The translations under genes and the position numbers were made by a program. This document shows, in pieces, positions 56,614 to 61,828 of a stretch of 64,000 nt of DNA. Position 1 is the stretch's first letter. Each line of letters opens with the position of its first letter. The notes beneath the pieces are model-generated. The model ran no database searches and was not told the DNA's origin. It was given only the letters and a program-made list of their open reading frames with translations. Source of the stretch: Halocafeteria seosinensis (lineage: Eukaryota); assembly GCA_001687465.1 (NCBI GenBank), contig LVLI01000109.1, forward strand, positions 1-64,000, written 5' to 3'.

Positions 56614-57048
56614 ATGAAACGGTCTAGATTTTTTACCAGAGAGGAAAAAAGAATTATTGATGTATTGACATTTACGGACGATTGGACATTGTTAGGGTCT
56701 CCAGCTGACCCGAACTTTCGATATACATCTGATTTTGATGTAATGGGAAATGTGCCCTTTTCAGGAAAGAGCAAGAATATGGGACAGATGTTAGCTGATA
56801 TGTTGAAAAAGAAAGTAGAAACCATTCATCGTATGAAAAACGTCTATCTAGGCGATGTAAAAGCTGGGACACACAAAGGTGAAAAACTGAGGTGGAATAG
56901 AACAACTATTCGTCAAGGTTATCAGGTGCTCAGCCCTTTTAAAAAGAGTGGCGTCAAAAACTTGGTTTATTTAAGTGATGCCATTAACCAAATCGAAGCA
57001 GAGAATATCTGGCGGAAAAAGTGGATAAAGGGATACATCCTAATATAA
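56614..57048 (+). CDS. Pol-beta-superfamily nucleotidyltransferase-like protein, probably truncated by element B
   Basis: 'LLGSPADPNFRYTSDFDV' (hGS..DxD); the ORF runs into the 57012 hairpin and stops. Confidence 0.55.
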   Translation: MKRSRFFTREEKRIIDVLTFTDDWTLLGSPADPNFRYTSDFDVMGNVPFSGKSKNMGQMLADMLKKKVETIHRMKNVYLGDVKAGTHKGEKLRWNRTTIRQGYQVLSPFKKSGVKNLVYLSDAINQIEAENIWRKKWIKGYILI

Positions 57049-57217
57049 TTGGGGATTATCCCCAAAATTTTATAGCAGGGGGTAAAACCCTAAATCCACA
57101 GGGAACCTGCTACCTGAAGGTAGCAGTCCTATACATCTAGGGTTTAATCCTCTATTATAAAACCAAGGGGCTTAACCTCAATCATACAGGGATATACCCT
57201 ATATCCACTTTTTCCGC
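57012..57217. repeat. ~206-bp imperfect inverted repeat (long hairpin)
   Basis: Ends gcggaaaaagtggata / tatccactttttccgc; arms remain complementary up to the central ctgctacct-ga-aggtagcag; followed by ~12-bp tandem units (aaaattacact/aaattaagttt) to ~57272. Confidence 0.9.
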
Positions 57218-57383
57218 AAAATTACACTTAAAATTACACTCAAAATTAAGTTTTAAATTAAGTTTTAATAAGTAGCAGGCACCGTGGTCTTTAGGTTGTA
57301 GTGGGACTCTACAATGAGCGAGGCTTTATTGAGCGAGTCCTACATTATATATTTATATTTTCTCTAAATAGAAATTTTTACAA

Positions 57384-57644
57384 TTAATCAGTTCTAAGAT
57401 TGTTGTTGGAAAGGTAATTGGAAAGATATAATAGTCGGAAAAATACGTGTGATGTTGAGCCGAAAAGAGGTTCATCAGGGTTCAACTTCCCTTGTTTCCA
57501 ATTTTCATATAGTTCTTTTATATCATCAGCATCATCAGTTTCATACATTTCTGTGAAATGGGATTGTTCTTCGTCCCATAAGTAATTTATTACATAATTA
57601 ACGCAGTCAATGAAATTTTTGTGGGTTTCCTGTGTTTCCGTCAT
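57384..57644 (-). CDS. Hypothetical acidic protein
   Basis: 86-aa ORF with AAAATTGA about 37 nt upstream. Confidence 0.6.
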   Translation of the reverse strand: MTETQETHKNFIDCVNYVINYLWDEEQSHFTEMYETDDADDIKELYENWKQGKLNPDEPLFGSTSHVFFRLLYLSNYLSNNNLRTD

Positions 57645-57680
57645 ATTGGTAATTTAGTTTAAAGGTTACAATTTTAAAAA

Positions 57681-58076
57681 TCAATTTTTTGTTTCTATAT
57701 GTTTAAGGGTAATAACGAGTGATGGTGTATTTTGTCGGACATAATCCATAGGTAAACTATCCACTTTATTAAGGAAAGGATCCCTTTCACAGTTAGCACC
57801 TAAGGAATTAACGTAATTTTCAGAATTTAAGTAATCAACATGAAGAAGGGAAGGGGGATTATCACAAAAATTCAGGGTGATTTTCTCTATGTTATCATCA
57901 GGAATATTAAAGTCATTTGTTAAGGTTCTATTGGGGAGAATACCTTCATAGTCAATACTATGTAAATAGTTTAAATCTTTGGAACAGGATAATTTTTTTA
58001 CACCACAGGAGGTTAGATATAAAGTTGCGTTAATAAGTTGCCTTTGTTGTTGTTCAGTTATAGTGTTTTCTATCAT
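57681..58076 (-). CDS. Hypothetical protein
   Basis: 131-aa ORF with AAAATTGA about 37 nt upstream. Confidence 0.6.
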   Translation of the reverse strand: MIENTITEQQQRQLINATLYLTSCGVKKLSCSKDLNYLHSIDYEGILPNRTLTNDFNIPDDNIEKITLNFCDNPPSLLHVDYLNSENYVNSLGANCERDPFLNKVDSLPMDYVRQNTPSLVITLKHIETKN

Positions 58077-58188
58077 TTTCTTGGTAAATTTTATAATTTT
58101 AAAGTTTAAAAATCAATTTTTTGTTACCGGTAAAATTAAAGTAAAAAATTGAAATTTTATTTTATAAACCTATAAACAATATACCACA

Positions 58189-58479
58189 ATGGGAAAAGTA
58201 AAAGAACAAGTTATGGAACAAGAACAGAATGAAAATTATCAATGGTTAAAAGAACAATGGGGTTATGCGTATGAAAAAGCAAGGAAAATATTTGAACAAG
58301 GTAAAGATAAAGATCAGTTTTATTTGGATGACCGGTTTTATACAGAAGAAGAGAAAAAGAACTTTTTTGAGGATATAGAACTATTTGATTATCCAGTCTG
58401 GGAATATCTCGCAGATAGAACCATATATGGGTATTTAAGTGTTGACAAATACATTTTTTGCGATAGTGATAGTGAGTAA
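58189..58479 (+). CDS. Hypothetical protein, tandem paralog 1
   Basis: 'WG..Y..AR.I.E.GK.K..F..D..YT.EE...FFE..E.FDYPVWEYLA' shared with the next gene. Confidence 0.7.
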   Translation: MGKVKEQVMEQEQNENYQWLKEQWGYAYEKARKIFEQGKDKDQFYLDDRFYTEEEKKNFFEDIELFDYPVWEYLADRTIYGYLSVDKYIFCDSDSE

Positions 58480-58553
58480 ATAAAATTGGTAATAATATAA
58501 TGAAACAAAAAATTGATTTTTATATTTTTGAAGATAATAAGTAATATAAAACA

Positions 58554-58910
58554 ATGGGACGAATGAAAGACCGCTTGAGAGAACGAGAAGGTTGCCAATT
58601 TATGGTTAACACTTGGGGTGAGACTTATTTTGAAGCTAGAAGAATTTATGAAGAAGGAAAACCAAAAGAAGAATTTGAAATAGACACTAATTATACACAC
58701 GATGAAAGAGAGTTGTTTTTTGAGAATCTTGAAATATTTGATTATCCAGTTTGGGAATATTTAGCAGAAATAAATAAAGAAGGATTTCTAAGTGTAGATA
58801 GTTATATATATAACTATGATATTACGTCATTATATCCAACAGCAATGTTTGAGACTTTAAACGAACACACATTTAGTTATACAGACACTGACTCAGCACA
58901 TATCTTTTAA
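58554..58910 (+). CDS. Hypothetical protein, tandem paralog 2, with a tail made of PolB motif A and C fragments
   Basis: Ends '..YNYDITSLYPTAMFETLNEHTFSYTDTDSAHIF'. Confidence 0.7.
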   Translation: MGRMKDRLREREGCQFMVNTWGETYFEARRIYEEGKPKEEFEIDTNYTHDERELFFENLEIFDYPVWEYLAEINKEGFLSVDSYIYNYDITSLYPTAMFETLNEHTFSYTDTDSAHIF

Positions 58911-59458
58911 TCAATATCTCTAGTTAACCAACTGACTGTCTGGTCAAACGTTTTCAAACCAAACTTATCTTTTTTCTGAGTGAGCCAGTTTATAAAACCT
59001 CTTAGGGTTAAATGTTTCTTACGCCAACGTAAGACCACATATCTCCCACACGTCTCGCTGTCATTTTTGAACAACTGAAGCTGTTGGTCATTCCAATATA
59101 TTGGTTTGGGGTTTTTAGATTTAGCCACACTTTGTAGAATTAGTGGACTTTGACCTAATCGTTGGTTCTTTTTCTTTGTGTTTCCGCTTAAGGGTTCATC
59201 GGGATAATCCCCATAACTATCAAAATAAGATATATATTTACCGTGATCTAATAGAATACACCAATGTCCGAATGATTTTTCAAATAAGTAAAGGATAATA
59301 ACCGCTTTGGATGGGTTATTTAAAATATCATAGATTGTTTTGTGTTTAGGGATTTCATTTAAAGATATAATAGGAATTTTTAACTTAGTAGCAGTTTGTA
59401 ATTTTCGGGATGATAATGCTTGATGTTTTAGTTCATTTATTAATTTGCGATTGACCAT
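58907..59458 (-). CDS. Second adenain-like cysteine protease
   Basis: 'GHWCILL', 'YFDSYG', 'LQLFKNDSETCGRY'; collinear with 49166-49720. Confidence 0.85.
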   Translation of the reverse strand: MVNRKLINELKHQALSSRKLQTATKLKIPIISLNEIPKHKTIYDILNNPSKAVIILYLFEKSFGHWCILLDHGKYISYFDSYGDYPDEPLSGNTKKKNQRLGQSPLILQSVAKSKNPKPIYWNDQQLQLFKNDSETCGRYVVLRWRKKHLTLRGFINWLTQKKDKFGLKTFDQTVSWLTRDID

Positions 59459-59486
59459 TTAAATCTCTTATATTTAGAGATTTAAA

Positions 59487-59639
59487 TTATTTTTCTGTTT
59501 CAACACTAGACTTACATTCAGAATTTTTACCACAACGACTTTGACAAGAGTATCTTTTACGAATGAGCTTATAGATAATGGGTGAAATTCCAGCACTACC
59601 CCCAATTACTGTTGTTAAGATAATGGTCAAAAGTTCCAT
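59487..59639 (-). CDS. 50-aa single-pass membrane protein (not in ORF track)
   Basis: MELLTIILTTVIGGSAGISPIIYKLIRKRYSCQSRC...; paralog of 51046-51195. Confidence 0.65.
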   Translation of the reverse strand: MELLTIILTTVIGGSAGISPIIYKLIRKRYSCQSRCGKNSECKSSVETEK

Positions 59640-59666
59640 TCTATAATTAACCTTAGATTTTAATTT

Positions 59667-60071
59667 TCATTTAAGCTTTTGAATAACTTTTTTGTGTTGA
59701 AGTGGAGGACCATATGTAGATTTTTTAGTACCTAGTCTTCCACATGCTCCACCTTTTTTCTTACCTTTCTTACCCTTTTTACTTTGTTTTCGTTCTTTTT
59801 CTTGCTGTTTACGAATTTGTTTCTTTTCTTCTTCGGTGGCTAACATTAAATCGTCAGGATCACCTTGGAAAATTTTTGTTCCGTGTTTAGGTTTAGCACC
59901 TTTCTTGTTCAACTTTTTGAAAAAGTTAATAGTATCTTTAATATTTTTTACAGCACCTCCTCCTTTTTTACCACTTCCTTCTGGAGGCATAGCTTGACCA
60001 GATTCAGCAGATGCTCCTTGATCAGATTGAGCTTTTTCTTTAATTTTTTCAATTACTGTTGGTTTAGTCAT
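59667..60071 (-). CDS. Basic protein with two GG motifs (putative core protein precursor)
   Basis: 'KKGGG|AVKNIKDTINFFKK..DDLMLA..KKGG|AC'. Confidence 0.65.
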   Translation of the reverse strand: MTKPTVIEKIKEKAQSDQGASAESGQAMPPEGSGKKGGGAVKNIKDTINFFKKLNKKGAKPKHGTKIFQGDPDDLMLATEEEKKQIRKQQEKERKQSKKGKKGKKKGGACGRLGTKKSTYGPPLQHKKVIQKLK

Positions 60072-60178
60072 GTTTGTTTTAAGATCTAGTCCTAATTCAT
60101 TTTTACCAAAATTTCTAAGGATGTCTAGCGAGATTGTCTTTCCTATATCTTTATTAATTTCATCTACTGTTTGATTGA

Positions 60179-60319
60179 GATAAGAGCTTAAATCGTCGGG
60201 TCTGTATGTCGGAGTCTTTAGACGATATCCAATATTGGAAAAATTGTGGGCATTTCGTTTGCCAAGATTGTTTCAAACAGTTAAGTAATAGTCTTTGTCC
60301 GTCGTGTAGAGGAGTGTAA
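60179..60319 (+). pseudogene. Degenerate RING-finger fragment
   Basis: Reads 'RRVCMSESLDDIQYWKNCGHFVCQDCFKQLSNSLCPSCRGV*' with an in-frame stop just upstream and the first Cys lost; resembles the RING at 50362. Confidence 0.6.
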
Positions 60320-60362
60320 TTAAAAATACAATTAAAGTTTAATATTCTTGAACTTTAATTAA

Positions 60363-60434
60363 GATCAACGGAGGGAATTGAACCCTCAACTGCTTTGCCA
60401 CAAAAAGCCGATTTTCCATTAATCTACGTTGATC
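60363..60434 (-). tRNA. tRNA-His(GUG) with encoded G-1 and C73
   Basis: G-ATCAACG/CGTTGAT-C acceptor stem, GATT/AATC D stem, GCTTT-TTGTGGC-AAAGC anticodon arm, GAGGG-TTCAATT-CCCTC T arm. Confidence 0.85.
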
Positions 60435-60459
60435 TATTAACAATAATTAATAGATCACT

Positions 60460-60825
60460 TTAATCTTCTTCCAGATCATCATGTTTTTCTTTTTTTGCTT
60501 TTTCTCTTCTTGCTTTTTCTTTGATATTGGATAGCCTTTTGCTTATTACATGCTTTAACCAGCCTTCGTCTAATTTCGGTTCTAACCAAGCCAAATAATT
60601 TTTATCTATTTCCCTAATTTTTTCACCTTTGTATTTCCCAAAAGGCATAGGTTGAAATCCGTCATCTAACCATTTCTGAGCGTGAACATAAAAAGTATTA
60701 TTTAACCAACTTTCTTCCACGTTGTTTAATAACGTGTATAAATAACTAGGGTGTTCAATTGCTACGTCTTGTAAGAGAAAACCTTTATATTTCCCGAACG
60801 AGAAAGTTATTTTTCTAAAATCCAT
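60460..60825 (-). CDS. Protein with two 'FGKYKG' repeats (DUF3820/ExoX C-terminal-like)
   Basis: 'FSFGKYKG..PSYLYTL' and 'MPFGKYKG..NYLAWL'. Confidence 0.65.
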   Translation of the reverse strand: MDFRKITFSFGKYKGFLLQDVAIEHPSYLYTLLNNVEESWLNNTFYVHAQKWLDDGFQPMPFGKYKGEKIREIDKNYLAWLEPKLDEGWLKHVISKRLSNIKEKARREKAKKEKHDDLEED

Positions 60826-61027
60826 TTTCTTATAATAATATATGTTTATTCCTCTCTAAATAGAAATTTTAATAATTGCTCAATGACGCCTCGGTCATTG
60901 TAGCCACGGACTACACCCCAAATACATCGCAAAGCTACATGCTATAGAATTATTTTAATTCGCTTGTATCTTTCACGTGGTTAAGTTGCTTGTAGGTGCT
61001 ATTACAGGGTTCGCGGCAACGCTGTAA

Positions 61028-61231
61028 TTATAGACCTTTCGTAAAGAAAAAATCCCCAACACCACCTCCTTTTTTACTGTATTGACTTTTTGCTTGTTTT
61101 ACACCCCGTTTAAAGGCATTTCTCCTTTCTTGTTTATTAGCTTTACCCTTAATCTGGTTGAACTGCTTTTTTACAGCTTGACCAACTAGTTGGTTCCACT
61201 TAGATTTTTTTCTACCTGCTATTCGTACCAT
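61028..61231 (-). CDS. Small basic protein, paralog of 47186-47371
   Basis: 'MVRIAGRKKSKWN..FKRGVKQAKSQYSKKGGG'. Confidence 0.65.
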   Translation of the reverse strand: MVRIAGRKKSKWNQLVGQAVKKQFNQIKGKANKQERRNAFKRGVKQAKSQYSKKGGGVGDFFFTKGL

Positions 61232-61260
61232 TTTCCTATATATTATACGAAGAAAAATAT

Positions 61261-61791
61261 TTAAACTGTTTGATAACTTTGACATTTTGTTGACTTCTGG
61301 TGTCGCATTTTATTGGTTCTGGAAACTAAAGAACCACAATGTTCACATTCAACTTTTTCTGATTCACGGTTTTTAATATGTTCTTTATTCTTTTCTTTGT
61401 ATTGTTTATGATAATTTTTAATGTGTTCTTTATATTTTTCCCGATAATTTTCATTATATTCTTCCTTGCTTTGAGTAGGAAGTTGTTTATTACATTTTGG
61501 ATTATAGTGTTCTATTAATTCCCGTTCTCGTCGTTCAAGTTCTAATTTGCTATTACAGGGATAGTATTCAATTAAGACCATCGTGAAATTTTCCCAGCCT
61601 CCATTTTGTCTAATTTCTTGATAAAGGGGGTAAGAATAACCTTTTACGTTCGTGTTATTAAAACATTCTTTATGATTCTTCTTTCGTTGCTTAAAGTTAG
61701 TAGTGGAACCAATGTAAACAACTTCGGATGAATCTATCGGTACAATCTTGTAAATCAAACCATTGGAATAGTCTATGTTTTGTTTTGGCAT
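61261..61791 (-). CDS. Second GIY-YIG endonuclease
   Basis: 'GLIYKI..VYIGSTTNFKQRK', 'NGGWENFTMVLIE.YPC', 'CEHCG..RHQKSTKC'. Confidence 0.85.
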   Translation of the reverse strand: MPKQNIDYSNGLIYKIVPIDSSEVVYIGSTTNFKQRKKNHKECFNNTNVKGYSYPLYQEIRQNGGWENFTMVLIEYYPCNSKLELERRERELIEHYNPKCNKQLPTQSKEEYNENYREKYKEHIKNYHKQYKEKNKEHIKNRESEKVECEHCGSLVSRTNKMRHQKSTKCQSYQTV

Positions 61792-61828
61792 TTAGTATTA
61801 TTTGGTATTAATTAGTATTAAATAAGTT

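Larger units (their letters stand above)
44265..56961. repeat. Dispersed repeat family of element A (R1 bulged hairpin, R2 palindrome, R3 22-mer)
   Basis: R1 TTTTTGA(C/T)GCYACTTTTT-n-AAAAAGRGC at ~44265, 46062, 47654, 49805, 49872, 50177, 50952, 54939, 55476, 55536, 56577, 56932. R2 GTTTTGCCGTGCTTTTTTAAAAGCAC at ~48740, 49065, 49836, 51021, 51311, 53847, 56447. R3 CGCGTTAGCGTCTTCAAAAGAA at ~47629, 49099, 49750, 50219, 50281, 53878, 56506. Confidence 0.95.
44046..57011. mobile_element. Endogenous Polinton-like virus/virophage-type element A
   Basis: Abrupt switch to AT-rich intronless DNA; adenain-like protease, GIY-YIG, lipase, fibre/spike and small basic genes; private repeat family throughout. 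Confidence 0.8.
57681..58516. promoter_or_regulatory. Four AAAATTGA early-promoter-like motifs
   Basis: 57681-57688(-), 58113-58120(-), 58145-58152(+), 58509-58516(+), each 36-37 nt before an ATG. Confidence 0.7.

Noticed and set aside
47629..56961. CRISPR array interpretation of the R1/R2/R3 repeats
   Set aside because: Spacing is irregular, orientation is mixed, the intervening sequences are whole genes, and no cas genes are visible.
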